From IMG/VR virus record IMGVR_UViG_3300027631_000014, positions 1-64,000 of that record: 64,000 nt of DNA, one strand, 5' to 3'. Shown here piece after piece: positions 40,869 to 50,826 of this stretch. Source of the stretch: a virus. The position numbers were made by a program, and so were the translations under genes. The notes beneath the pieces were generated by a model, which was not told the origin of the DNA, did no database searches, and saw only the letters and a list, made by a program, of their open reading frames with translations. The stretch's first letter is position 1. Every line of letters starts with the position of its first letter.

Positions 40869-42245
40869 ATGACATTGAACTCTCTAGAGAATTACGGAAT
40901 TGGATTCCAAACCAAAGTAATATCAGCTTTATTAACTGATAAACCATTTATACAAAATGTTAATGACATTATAACTGAAGAGTACTTTTCAAATACAGCA
41001 CACAAATGGATTATTGATCAAGTAATAAAATACTACACCAAGTACCACACAAATCCAACAATGGATGTTCTTAAGGTAGAAATGAAAAGAGTTGATAATG
41101 AAGTATTACAACTCTCTATTAAAGAACAACTAAAAGAAGCATATAGATCATCAGATGAATCTGATTTGACGTATGTTAAAGAAGAATTTACAAATTTTTG
41201 TAAAAACCAACAACTAAAAAAAGCGCTTTTAAATTCGGTTGACTTACTTAAAGCAGGTGATTATGACTCCATTAGATCATTAGTTGATAGCGCTTTACGC
41301 TCAGGTCAAGACAAAAATATTGGACATGAATATAACAAAGATGTTGAATCTCGATATATAGAAGATGATAGAAAACCTATCCCAACACCTTGGAACTTAT
41401 TTAATGAATTAATGCAAGGAGGTTTAGGTCAAGGAGATTTTGGATTAATATTTGGTAACCCAGGTGGAGGCAAATCATGGTCATTAATTGCTATGGGGGG
41501 ATATGCTGTACAATTAGGTTATAATGTTATTCACTATACATTAGAATTAGGTGAAGGATATATAGGAAAACGATACGATGCGTTTTTCACTGGAATTCCT
41601 GTTGATAAATTAAAAACTGAAAAATCACGAGTGGAAGAAGTAATTGCTGAATTACCAGGAAACTTAATTGTAAAAGAATTTTATATGGGTAAAGCCACTA
41701 TTTCTACTATAGAATCGCATATTAAAAAATGTATTGACTTAGATTTCAAACCAGATTTAATTATTATTGATTACGTTGACTTACTTTCATCAAAGAAAAA
41801 GAATCGTGAACGTAAAGATGAAATTGATGATATTTATGTAGGCACAAAAGGCCTAGCACGAGAATTAAAATTACCAATTTGGAGCGTATCTCAAGTAAAT
41901 AGAGCGGGTGCTAAAGATAATATTATTGAAGGTGATAAAGCCGCAGGATCTTATGATAAGATTATGATTGCAGATATAGCAATATCTTTATCAAGACAAA
42001 AGAAAGATAAAGTAAGTGGAACAGGTCGTTTCCATATTATGAAAAATAGATATGGGATGGATGGTATGTCATATAATGCAAAAGTAGATACATCAAACGG
42101 ACATATCGAAATTTTAAATGAGATGAGTGAAGATGAAGAAGATGCGCAAATGAAATCATCCCCAAAACCAAACAGTATGGGATTAGATAACTTAGATAGA
42201 GAATATTTACAACAACAATTTTTTAATTTAAACAAAAACAATTAA
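40869..42245 (+). CDS. Replicative helicase (DnaB/gp41-like)
   Basis: GNPGGGKS, TLEL, IIIDY-DL, SQVNR, KNRYG. Confidence 0.92.
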   Translation: MTLNSLENYGIGFQTKVISALLTDKPFIQNVNDIITEEYFSNTAHKWIIDQVIKYYTKYHTNPTMDVLKVEMKRVDNEVLQLSIKEQLKEAYRSSDESDLTYVKEEFTNFCKNQQLKKALLNSVDLLKAGDYDSIRSLVDSALRSGQDKNIGHEYNKDVESRYIEDDRKPIPTPWNLFNELMQGGLGQGDFGLIFGNPGGGKSWSLIAMGGYAVQLGYNVIHYTLELGEGYIGKRYDAFFTGIPVDKLKTEKSRVEEVIAELPGNLIVKEFYMGKATISTIESHIKKCIDLDFKPDLIIIDYVDLLSSKKKNRERKDEIDDIYVGTKGLARELKLPIWSVSQVNRAGAKDNIIEGDKAAGSYDKIMIADIAISLSRQKKDKVSGTGRFHIMKNRYGMDGMSYNAKVDTSNGHIEILNEMSEDEEDAQMKSSPKPNSMGLDNLDREYLQQQFFNLNKNN

Positions 42246-42294
42246 TAAGTTTGGAAATTCAAAAAACCATACTTATATTTATAAAAAAGAATTT

Positions 42295-43248
42295 ATGTCA
42301 TTAACAGAACCTAGGCATTTTTACAAGCCTTTTGAATACCAACAAGCTTTTGATTTTTTTAAAGACCAACATCGCAGTCACTGGCTAGCAGATGAAGTAC
42401 CATTAGCATCCGATTTAAATGATTGGAAACTTAAATTAAACGAATCAGAAAAGAATTTAATAGGTAATATATTAAAGTCATTCGCTCAAACAGAGGTTCA
42501 TGTAAATGATTACTGGTCAACTAAAGTATCACTTTGGTTTCCAAAACCTGAAGTACAAGCAATGGCTCGTGTATTTGCTGATTTTGAAAGTATACATGCT
42601 GAAGCATATGCTCGTTTAAATGAAGAATTAGGTTTAGATGATTTTCAAGCATTTATGGAAGATGAAACATCAAAAAGCAAAATTGATCGTTTAATTGAAG
42701 TACCAGGTGAAACATTAGAAGAAAAAGCAATTTCATTAGCTATATTCTCAGCATTTACTGAAGGAGTAAATTTATTCTCTTCATTCGCTATATTAATGTC
42801 TTTTCAGTTAAGAAATTTAATGAAAGGAACAGGACAAATTGTAGAATGGAGTGTTAGAGATGAATCGTTACATTCAAAAGCTGGATGTTGGTTGTTTACA
42901 ACTCTATTACAAGAATATCCTGAATTAAATACACCTAAATTAAGAAACCACATTACTGAAGCATGTGACTTGTCAGTTCAGTTAGAATATGACTTTATTG
43001 ATAAAGCATTTGAAATGGGTGACATTGAAGGTCTAAATAAAGATCAATTGAAAGCATTCATTAAAGCAAGAGCAAATGAAAAAATGATTGAATTAGGTTA
43101 TTCAAATCTTTATAACGATATTGACCCAAATTTATTAAAACAAATGGAATGGTTTGGTCATTTAACAAGTGGTAAAACACACCAAGATTTCTTTGCAGGT
43201 AGAGTTACAAATTACGCTAAGTCAGTAGGTGACTGGTCAGATCTATAA
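42295..43248 (+). CDS. nrdB: Ribonucleotide reductase class I beta subunit
   Basis: W---E---D--DW, ESIH-AY, EG---FSSF, RDESLH, DFF--RV--Y. Confidence 0.95.
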   Translation: MSLTEPRHFYKPFEYQQAFDFFKDQHRSHWLADEVPLASDLNDWKLKLNESEKNLIGNILKSFAQTEVHVNDYWSTKVSLWFPKPEVQAMARVFADFESIHAEAYARLNEELGLDDFQAFMEDETSKSKIDRLIEVPGETLEEKAISLAIFSAFTEGVNLFSSFAILMSFQLRNLMKGTGQIVEWSVRDESLHSKAGCWLFTTLLQEYPELNTPKLRNHITEACDLSVQLEYDFIDKAFEMGDIEGLNKDQLKAFIKARANEKMIELGYSNLYNDIDPNLLKQMEWFGHLTSGKTHQDFFAGRVTNYAKSVGDWSDL

Positions 43249-43258
43249 AAATAAAATT

Positions 43259-43714
43259 ATGATAAAATTAACAAATTTATTAAAGGAAATAATAGATATA
43301 TATTCTCCTGAGGAACTAAATTCTAAAGAAATAGAATATGAAATTACTCAAGAGTCTAAAACTCGTTTTTCTGTTAATATAAAATATAAAGATCAATACT
43401 ATAAGTTAAAAATACTACCTTTATTTAACCCAAAACGTCCATCTATAAATTTTGGTGATACTGATGAAAATTATGAAAATTTAAATTTAGAACAATTGTT
43501 AAATTCTCCATATTCTTCTAGGATATTAGCAGCTATTTTTGGATTAATTAGATATTGGGTAGATAAATATAATGTTCAAGAATTTGAATATGGTGCTGAT
43601 GGTAATACTCGAACTAAATTATATGATTATTATTTAAAAAAACACTTTCCTGATTTTAAAAACATTCAAGAAAAATATGGTGATACAATTTTACAAACAT
43701 GGAAGAAAATATAA
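43259..43714 (+). CDS. Leader-bearing hypothetical protein (MIKLTNLLKE...)
   Basis: ATG 43259 preferred; similar to 55933 (R--LY...K-FP). Confidence 0.7.
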   Translation: MIKLTNLLKEIIDIYSPEELNSKEIEYEITQESKTRFSVNIKYKDQYYKLKILPLFNPKRPSINFGDTDENYENLNLEQLLNSPYSSRILAAIFGLIRYWVDKYNVQEFEYGADGNTRTKLYDYYLKKHFPDFKNIQEKYGDTILQTWKKI

Positions 43715-43836
43715 TATACAAAATTGAAATTCTTCAACTTATTGAATTTAAATACAATATTAAAATAAAAGACGAAGAAGTAGAAAATATAATTACTTTT
43801 GAGAACTTAATTGAATTAATAAAAACAAAAATATGA
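43699..43836 (+). CDS. 45-aa acyl-carrier-protein-like peptide lacking the DSL serine
   Basis: MEENIIYKIEILQLIEFKYNIKIKDEEVENIITFENLIELIKTKI; ATGA overlap with nrdA; missing from the ORF track. Confidence 0.6.
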   Translation: MEENIIYKIEILQLIEFKYNIKIKDEEVENIITFENLIELIKTKI

Positions 43837-45557
43837 GCATACACGTAGACACAAGTACATGGATTAAAGGAAAAGATTACCCATTATGGTTTGATCAAAT
43901 TGGAGTAGATATGGTATCTAAAGGTTACTTATTACCAGACGAAAATGTATTTGATGCATATAAAAGAATTAGTAAAGCAGCTGCTCGAAGATTAAAACGT
44001 AAAGATTTACAACCGTTTTTCTATGACGCAATAGTTAAAAATTGGTTATGTCCTGCATCTCCTGTTCTATCAAACATGGGAACAGAAAGAGGAATGCCTA
44101 TTTCATGTTTTGGAATTGATGTAGGTGATTCAATTGAAGGAATTGCTGATGCAAACTCTGAATTAATGAGATTATCGTCTCAAGGTGGTGGAGTAGGAAT
44201 TGGTTTATCAAGAATCAGAGGAAGAGGAAAAAACATTAAAGATAATGGCGTATCAGAAGGCGTAGTGCCTTGGGCCAAAATTTATGATTCAACTATCTTA
44301 GCTACTAATCAAGGTTCAGTACGTAGAGGAGCAGCATCAGTAAATTTAGATATTAATCACCCAGATATTGAAGAATTTTTAATGATTCGTCGTCCTAAAG
44401 GAGATGTTAATCGTCAATGTTTAAATTTAAATCAATGTGTTGTTATTGATGATGAATGGATGAATAAATTAGAGAATAAAGATCCTAAAGCACAAAAGTT
44501 ATGGGGTGAAATTCTAAAAACACGTTTAGAAACAGGTCAACCATACATTATGTTTAAAGACAATATTAACAATGCTAACCCTGAAGCGTATAAGAAAAAT
44601 AATTTGCAAGTTACAATGACTAACATTTGTACTGAGATTGCTTTATACACAGACGAATTACATTCATTTATTTGTTGTTTATCTTCATTGAATTTAGCTA
44701 GATGGGATGAATGGAAAGATTACAAATTCGAAAATGGAATGACTTTACCTGAACTATCAACTTGGTTTTTAGAAGGTGTATTACAAGAATTTATTGACAG
44801 AGCTAAAAATATTAAGTTTTTCGAAAATACAGTTCGTTCAGCTACTAAAGGTAGAGCAATTGGATTAGGTGTTTTAGGATGGCATACGTTTTTACAAGCA
44901 AAAGGTATTCCATTTGTAGGTATTCAAGCAAATGCTCATACAAGAATGATCTTTGATTTTATGGAACAAGAAACAAAGAAAGCATCTAGAGACCAAGCCG
45001 AATTATATGGTGAACCAGAATGGTGTAAGGGTACAGGATTAAGACACACACATCATTTAGCACCTGCTCCAACAGTATCAAATGCTCATATTTCAGGAGG
45101 TGTTTCTCCATCAATTGAACCTATTCCAGCTAATGTTTATAACTTAAAAACAGCAAAAGGTGTTTTTATTAAACGAAACAAAATATTAGAAGAATTATTA
45201 AAAAGCAAAGGATACAATATTGATAGTATTTGGGATCAAATTTTAAAAGATCAAGGATCAATTTTAGGTTTACCTGACTATGTTTTAACTGATGAAGAAA
45301 AAGAAACATTCTTAACATTTAAAGAAATTAATCAATTAGAAATCGTTCGTCAAAATGCTATTCGTCAAAAATATGTTGATCAAGCAATATCATTAAATTT
45401 ATGTTTCTCGCCTGATGATTCTCCAAAATGGATATCTCAAGTACATAAAGAAGCTCATAAATTAGGTATTAAAACATTATATTACTTAAGAACAGAAAGT
45501 GTATTAAGAGGAGACAATTTACAAAGATTATCAGAATGTGTTTCATGTGAAGCATAA
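43833..45557 (+). CDS. nrdA: Ribonucleotide reductase class I alpha subunit without ATP cone
   Basis: SPVL-N, ISCF, GGGVG, RRGA, TNICTE, APT, TLYY, C-terminal CxxC. Confidence 0.95.
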   Translation: MSIHVDTSTWIKGKDYPLWFDQIGVDMVSKGYLLPDENVFDAYKRISKAAARRLKRKDLQPFFYDAIVKNWLCPASPVLSNMGTERGMPISCFGIDVGDSIEGIADANSELMRLSSQGGGVGIGLSRIRGRGKNIKDNGVSEGVVPWAKIYDSTILATNQGSVRRGAASVNLDINHPDIEEFLMIRRPKGDVNRQCLNLNQCVVIDDEWMNKLENKDPKAQKLWGEILKTRLETGQPYIMFKDNINNANPEAYKKNNLQVTMTNICTEIALYTDELHSFICCLSSLNLARWDEWKDYKFENGMTLPELSTWFLEGVLQEFIDRAKNIKFFENTVRSATKGRAIGLGVLGWHTFLQAKGIPFVGIQANAHTRMIFDFMEQETKKASRDQAELYGEPEWCKGTGLRHTHHLAPAPTVSNAHISGGVSPSIEPIPANVYNLKTAKGVFIKRNKILEELLKSKGYNIDSIWDQILKDQGSILGLPDYVLTDEEKETFLTFKEINQLEIVRQNAIRQKYVDQAISLNLCFSPDDSPKWISQVHKEAHKLGIKTLYYLRTESVLRGDNLQRLSECVSCEA

Positions 45558-45569
45558 TAAAATAAAAAT

Positions 45570-45833
45570 ATGGCATTAAAACCTCAATCGATCAGAAAAG
45601 GAACAACTATTTCACTAAACGGAAAAGTAGTAGAAAAACCAGAAATTATAGAGTTAAGTACTCAATGGAGTGAAGCTCAAATTAATTTCTTTAAAAAAAT
45701 GCTCCAACAAGGAGGTGAATTAAGGATTAATGGTATGTTTATAAAAATAGTTACACAAGACAAAGTAGTAAATTCAGCAGGAGACAAAGATTCAGGAGTC
45801 ATAGTAGTACCAGGACTAGATCAAAGATTTTAA
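45570..45833 (+). CDS. Hypothetical protein
   Basis: 87-aa ORF with A-rich upstream. Confidence 0.6.
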   Translation: MALKPQSIRKGTTISLNGKVVEKPEIIELSTQWSEAQINFFKKMLQQGGELRINGMFIKIVTQDKVVNSAGDKDSGVIVVPGLDQRF

Positions 45834-45836
45834 ATT

Positions 45837-46805
45837 ATGAAAAAATATTTTTTACCAATACTAATAGCACTATCTGCACTATCAATTAGTGCAGCAGCTG
45901 CTTATTACAGCGTTACAGGTTTAGCAAAATTATTTGCTGGAGTAGAAACAGCAGTTATATGGATGGCTTCATCTCTTGAAGTAGCAAAATTAGTAGTAGC
46001 ATCTTTACTTTATCAATATTGGAAAGAACTAAACAAAGCATTAAGAGTATATCTTATAATTGCTTTAATTACATTAATGATTATTACATCAGCAGGTATT
46101 TATGGATACTTAAGTAGTGGGTATCAAGACACAGCTAATAAAACAGGTGTTGTAGATAAGGAAATTGCTTTAGTTGACAACAGAATTAAAACACAAGAAT
46201 TAAGTAAAGAATTTACGTTACAACAACTAAAAAATACTCAACAAAGTATTGCTCAATTAAGAGGAGCATTAGGTAACAACACTCAAACCCATAAAGACAA
46301 ACAAGGGAATATCTTAACTACTTCATCATCAGCAAATAGAAAATCATATGAAAAACAACTTGAATTTGCTTTAGGTGAAGAAAAAACTTTAACTAATAAA
46401 GTAAATATTTTAGATTCTACATTACTAGTACTTTCAGAAGAAAAATTGGCTAAAGAATCAAATGCTGAGTTAGCAGGTGAGTTAGGTCCATTAAAGTATA
46501 TAGCTAAATTAACTGGAACAGCGATGGATAAAATTATCAATTGGTTTTTAATGATCATTATATTTGTATTTGATCCGTTGGCTATAAGTTTAGTAATCGC
46601 TGCTAACTTTGCTTTTAATCAAATAAAAAATCCTAATAAATTAGCTATATATAATGAGAAACCAGTTGAAGTAAAACCAATTGTAACACAACATAAAGTT
46701 GACGATACAATTGTTCCAACACCTCCTATCGAATCGTGGTATAGGTATATTCCTCCTGTTTTTAGAAAAAAGAAAAAAGATGACGATGAAATAATCACTT
46801 ACTAG
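45837..46805 (+). CDS. Membrane protein with central coiled coil
   Basis: Three N-terminal TMs, coiled coil, GPLKY and FDPLA near a C-terminal TM. Confidence 0.7.
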   Translation: MKKYFLPILIALSALSISAAAAYYSVTGLAKLFAGVETAVIWMASSLEVAKLVVASLLYQYWKELNKALRVYLIIALITLMIITSAGIYGYLSSGYQDTANKTGVVDKEIALVDNRIKTQELSKEFTLQQLKNTQQSIAQLRGALGNNTQTHKDKQGNILTTSSSANRKSYEKQLEFALGEEKTLTNKVNILDSTLLVLSEEKLAKESNAELAGELGPLKYIAKLTGTAMDKIINWFLMIIIFVFDPLAISLVIAANFAFNQIKNPNKLAIYNEKPVEVKPIVTQHKVDDTIVPTPPIESWYRYIPPVFRKKKKDDDEIITY

Positions 46806-46845
46806 GATTACTAAGTCTTAAAACGTATATTTAAATAAAAAAGTT

Positions 46846-47637
46846 ATGATTAAAGTATCACATGAAGTACCTCTATGTTTGTTAGAGGAAAGTTTAAAAT
46901 TTAACAATTACGATTATTGCTTACCCCATTTAATGGACGAAAATGAAGAATATAAACAATTCTTTATTAGATCAAAAGCAAAAGGCCGTCATATAATGAT
47001 GGACAACAGTTTACATGAATTAGGAGTTCCATACTCTGAAGATAGATTGTTTTACTGGTTAGATTGGTTAAAACCACAAGAATTCTTTGTAGCAGATTAT
47101 TGGGAAGACAAAACTCAATCAATTGTATCAGCTAAAAAATGGATTAATTGGCAGAAAAACTATCCTAAAGTAACATTTATAGCAGTAGTACAAGGAAAAT
47201 CGTATGCTGAAGTATTGGAATGTTATCAAACATATAAAGATTTAGGATATAAGAAAATAGCATTTAGTTATGGGGCGTCTTACTATAACGATATTTGTCC
47301 TCACCCAAACAAAAATCTAGGAAAAGCATTAGGACGAATTCAAGTAATATCTCAATTATTTAAAGATAAAATAATAAGTAAATCAGATTCAATTCATTTA
47401 TTAGGATGCTCAGTACCTCAAGAATTTGGGTGGTATAATGATATGCCTTTTATCAAATCAATAGATACATCAAATCCAGTTATGGCTGCTTTAGATTATG
47501 CATGCTACTCAGCTCATGGTTTGTATTTTAAACCTAAAGCAAATATGAATGATTTCTTCAATATTGATAAAAGTAAAATAAATGAAGGATATCTAATGAA
47601 CAACATTTCTGATTTTAGAAAAATAAACAATTTATAA
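46846..47637 (+). CDS. TGT/DpdA-like transglycosylase fold
   Basis: MDNS, AVVQG, IHLLG, SIDTS resemble TGT barrel motifs (DSG, QG, H-LG, D-S); adjacent to queC. Confidence 0.6.
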   Translation: MIKVSHEVPLCLLEESLKFNNYDYCLPHLMDENEEYKQFFIRSKAKGRHIMMDNSLHELGVPYSEDRLFYWLDWLKPQEFFVADYWEDKTQSIVSAKKWINWQKNYPKVTFIAVVQGKSYAEVLECYQTYKDLGYKKIAFSYGASYYNDICPHPNKNLGKALGRIQVISQLFKDKIISKSDSIHLLGCSVPQEFGWYNDMPFIKSIDTSNPVMAALDYACYSAHGLYFKPKANMNDFFNIDKSKINEGYLMNNISDFRKINNL

Positions 47638-47690
47638 TTTGGAATACATAAAAACAATTAATATATTTAATAAAAACAAAAAACAAAGTT

Positions 47691-47933
47691 ATGAAAAAAG
47701 AAACAAAATTTTTATCATTGTATGACTATTTAGGTCATGCCGCTGGAAGTAAACTAGGAGCTGAAGTAGCAACAGCCGCCAAAACAACACTTCAACCGAT
47801 TCAAACAAGAGATGTAGAGAATCCCAAATTCAAAGGAAAAGTATTACTTTATACTCTTGAATTTTTAGATGGATATTTTAACAAATCTGCAACTTATAGT
47901 AGTACTTCACAAGACGACGAATTACCATTTTAA
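47691..47933 (+). CDS. Hypothetical protein
   Basis: 80 aa, SLYDYLG--AG--LG, ends DDELPF. Confidence 0.65.
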   Translation: MKKETKFLSLYDYLGHAAGSKLGAEVATAAKTTLQPIQTRDVENPKFKGKVLLYTLEFLDGYFNKSATYSSTSQDDELPF

Positions 47934-47943
47934 TAAATAAAAT

Positions 47944-48810
47944 ATGAAAAAATACGCAGTATTAAGCCTCTCAGGAGGAATGGATAGCAGCACTTTACTA
48001 CTCCATTTACTATCAAATGGTTATGAAGTAACAGCTTTATCATTTGATTATGGACAAAAACATAAAGTAGAGCTTGAATGTGCTTCTGATTTAGTAGATT
48101 ATGTAAATGGAGCCTCACAAAAATATATTGATGGAGATAATGGAGAAGGAGTATATCATAACTTCTTCCCAGTTACCCATCAAATTATTAAATTAGATGG
48201 TTTAGCTCAATTACTAAATTCTACATTAGTAGAAGGAGGAGCAGAAGTACCTGAAGGGCATTACGCTCAAGAGAATATGAAGGATACAGTAGTACCTAAT
48301 CGTAATAAAATATTTAGTTCTATTATTCAAGCAGTTGCTTTATCAATTGCTGATAAAAATGAAGCTAATTGTGTTATGGCTTTAGGAATCCACTCAGGTG
48401 ATCACTCAATCTATCCTGACTGTACAGAAAACTTTAGACAAGCAGATTTAAATGCTTTTAAAGTAGGAAATTGGAACTCAGAAAGAGTAGATTTCTATGC
48501 TCCGTATATGGAAACAGATAAAGCAGGTATTTTGAAAGATGGAGAAACATGTTGTGAAACATTAGGACTAGATTTTAATGAAGTATATAAACGTACTAAT
48601 ACATCTTACAAACCACTTACAATTAAAGATAAATGGTATAGTGACTACAAATCAGCAAGTTCAGTAGAACGTATAGAAGCATTTTTAAATGTAGGTCGTA
48701 AAGATCCTGTTGACTATGCTGAAGTGATTCCAAACGGAGAAATTATCCCACGCACTTGGGAGGAAGTATTAGTGCATGTAAAACCAATATTAACAAACCA
48801 TAAAAAATAA
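47944..48810 (+). CDS. queC: 7-cyano-7-deazaguanine synthase
   Basis: SGGMDS PP-loop, FDYGQKH--E, VPNRN, YPDC. Confidence 0.92.
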   Translation: MKKYAVLSLSGGMDSSTLLLHLLSNGYEVTALSFDYGQKHKVELECASDLVDYVNGASQKYIDGDNGEGVYHNFFPVTHQIIKLDGLAQLLNSTLVEGGAEVPEGHYAQENMKDTVVPNRNKIFSSIIQAVALSIADKNEANCVMALGIHSGDHSIYPDCTENFRQADLNAFKVGNWNSERVDFYAPYMETDKAGILKDGETCCETLGLDFNEVYKRTNTSYKPLTIKDKWYSDYKSASSVERIEAFLNVGRKDPVDYAEVIPNGEIIPRTWEEVLVHVKPILTNHKK

Positions 48811-48811
48811 A

Positions 48812-49063
48812 ATGAAACAATTAATTTTTTTCTCGGCTCAATGGTGTGCAGCTTGCCAAACAATGAAGCCAACAGTAGAACAAGTAAGTAAACAAACCGG
48901 AGTATCAGTTAATAAAATAGATACTGACTATGATGTATCCTATACTTCTGAATATAATGTAAAAAGTGTTCCTACTTTAATATTATTAGAAAATGGAAAA
49001 GAAACAAAGCGCATTGTAGGTACCCAATCAGAAAGCAAAATTAGAGAACTTATAAACGGATAA
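48812..49063 (+). CDS. Thioredoxin
   Basis: FSAQWCAAC--MKP, V-SVPT. Confidence 0.88.
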   Translation: MKQLIFFSAQWCAACQTMKPTVEQVSKQTGVSVNKIDTDYDVSYTSEYNVKSVPTLILLENGKETKRIVGTQSESKIRELING

Positions 49064-49066
49064 AAC

Positions 49067-49549
49067 ATGAGATATATTTCAACTAAATTATTTGACAATT
49101 ACTCAGTAGCAATTAGACAGTGGAAAGCTCAACACTCCCACTGTCAATTGTTACATGGATATGCTTTAAAATTTAAAGTATGGTTTGCATCTAACGAACC
49201 AGATGTAGATAAACAACTTGATGATATGAATTGGATTGTTGATTACGGTGGATTTAAAGATGCTCCTAAAGGTAATGGTTTAAAATCATGGATGGACCAT
49301 ATGTGGGACCACACATTACTAATTCAAAAAGACGATCCGTTTGTAGATGTTTTTGAACAAATGGGACAAATGGGCTTAGCTAAAGTACATTTACTAGATA
49401 AAATGGGAGCCGAAAGTAATGCTAAATTAGTTTACGACCATTTTAATTCAGTATTAGCAAAAACAGATGCTGGTAGATGTAAAGTGATTAAAGTAGAGTG
49501 TTTTGAAAACGATAAAAATTCATCAATTTATGAAGAACATGGACTATAA
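49067..49549 (+). CDS. queD: 6-carboxytetrahydropterin synthase
   Basis: HC--LHGY, LD---W-VDYG, DH, GAE, E---N. Confidence 0.85.
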   Translation: MRYISTKLFDNYSVAIRQWKAQHSHCQLLHGYALKFKVWFASNEPDVDKQLDDMNWIVDYGGFKDAPKGNGLKSWMDHMWDHTLLIQKDDPFVDVFEQMGQMGLAKVHLLDKMGAESNAKLVYDHFNSVLAKTDAGRCKVIKVECFENDKNSSIYEEHGL

Positions 49550-50303
49550 TAAAGTACAACCAATAATTGAAGCATATGTTTGCGTTCAAACAGAAGGATC
49601 AAGAGCAGGACGTCCTCATTTCTTAGTAAGAACAACAGGATGTACTCATAGATGTTATTTTGGTGAAGGCGGTTGGTGCGACAGCTGGTATACTTCAATT
49701 CACCCTGAAAAAGGTACTTGGACATTAAATGCTATTAAAGAACTATTTGAAGCCAATCCTCAAATTAATCATTTAATGATATCAGGTGGTTCTCCTACAA
49801 TGCATCCTGAGTTAGTTGATGAATTAATCAATATAGCTAAGAATATGAGAGGAATGTATGTTACAATAGAGACTGAAGGTTCTCATTTTATTGAAACTAA
49901 CTACAAAATAGATTTAGTATCTTTATCTCCTAAATTTTTAAATTCACAACCTAAACTAGGAACTAAAACACCAGCAGGTAAAGATGTAGATCAGAAAATG
50001 ATTGATCAACATGAAAAATTTAGAAATAAATATGATGTTATTAAGAAAATGCTTGACTATCATTTAGACTATCACTTTAAACCAGTTGTAGACAGAAACG
50101 AACCATTTATTTGGGAACAAATAGAAGCATTTATTAATTTACATAACATTCCAAATGACAAAGTTTGGGTTATGCCAGCAGGAGATACGTTTAATAAGTT
50201 ACAACCAAATTATGCTTATGTAATGGAGGAATGTATTAAACGAGGATATAATTTTACAGGTAGAGCTCATATTGTAGCTTATAACGATTTAAGAGGAGTA
50301 TAA
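49539..50303 (+). CDS. queE: 7-carboxy-7-deazaguanine synthase (radical SAM)
   Basis: Q-EG---G-P--VR--GC---C-x7-CDS, SGG-P, TIET-G, SLSPK; ATG 49539 preferred. Confidence 0.9.
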   Translation: MDYNKVQPIIEAYVCVQTEGSRAGRPHFLVRTTGCTHRCYFGEGGWCDSWYTSIHPEKGTWTLNAIKELFEANPQINHLMISGGSPTMHPELVDELINIAKNMRGMYVTIETEGSHFIETNYKIDLVSLSPKFLNSQPKLGTKTPAGKDVDQKMIDQHEKFRNKYDVIKKMLDYHLDYHFKPVVDRNEPFIWEQIEAFINLHNIPNDKVWVMPAGDTFNKLQPNYAYVMEECIKRGYNFTGRAHIVAYNDLRGV

Positions 50304-50304
50304 T

Positions 50305-50445
50305 ATGCATGAACTATTACACATAATAGGACTTTGCCCAGATAGTTGGGCTTCCCCAAATCTTATTAATATATTTATCTCAAATTATCAAAGTATAATA
50401 AATTTAATAAATAAAGGTTATGAAACAATTAAAAACATTCTTTAA
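50305..50445 (+). CDS. 46-aa ORF (MHELLHIIGLCPDS...)
   Basis: Translated by hand; fills the gap after queE. Confidence 0.4.
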   Translation: MHELLHIIGLCPDSWASPNLINIFISNYQSIINLINKGYETIKNIL

Positions 50446-50824
50446 GTACAAATACTTAAGACGCAAAATACGTTTAAAAAAGTATCTTGATCCACGTGGT
50501 TTAGATGCCAATGAAAAATTAATTAAAAGCGTACTAATAAAAGTAGTATCTAATCAAGAAAACAATGTACTAAATAATTTAGATGCAGTTTATATTCAAA
50601 CTAAAAACAAAGAATATACTATTGTATTATCCAAAAATAGTATTAAAATATCTAACCATCAACTATTTATTGAATCTAAAATTGATGAATATTTTAGAAT
50701 GGAATTAATGGATGTAGTATATTACTACTTAGATAAATTTAAAACAAAAATGGATAGAGAAATATTTCATAACGAAGCAGAAGGACTAAATTTTATGTTA
50801 AATCAATTAAATCAAATAAATTAA
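50420..50824 (+). CDS. Hypothetical protein
   Basis: 134-aa ORF. Confidence 0.65.
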   Translation: MKQLKTFFKYKYLRRKIRLKKYLDPRGLDANEKLIKSVLIKVVSNQENNVLNNLDAVYIQTKNKEYTIVLSKNSIKISNHQLFIESKIDEYFRMELMDVVYYYLDKFKTKMDREIFHNEAEGLNFMLNQLNQIN

Positions 50825-50826
50825 AA

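Noticed and set aside
49067-49549. QueD paralogue acting as a decarboxylase (DpdL-type)
   Set aside because: It is the only QueD-like gene in the window, retains the catalytic Cys, and is needed for the pathway.
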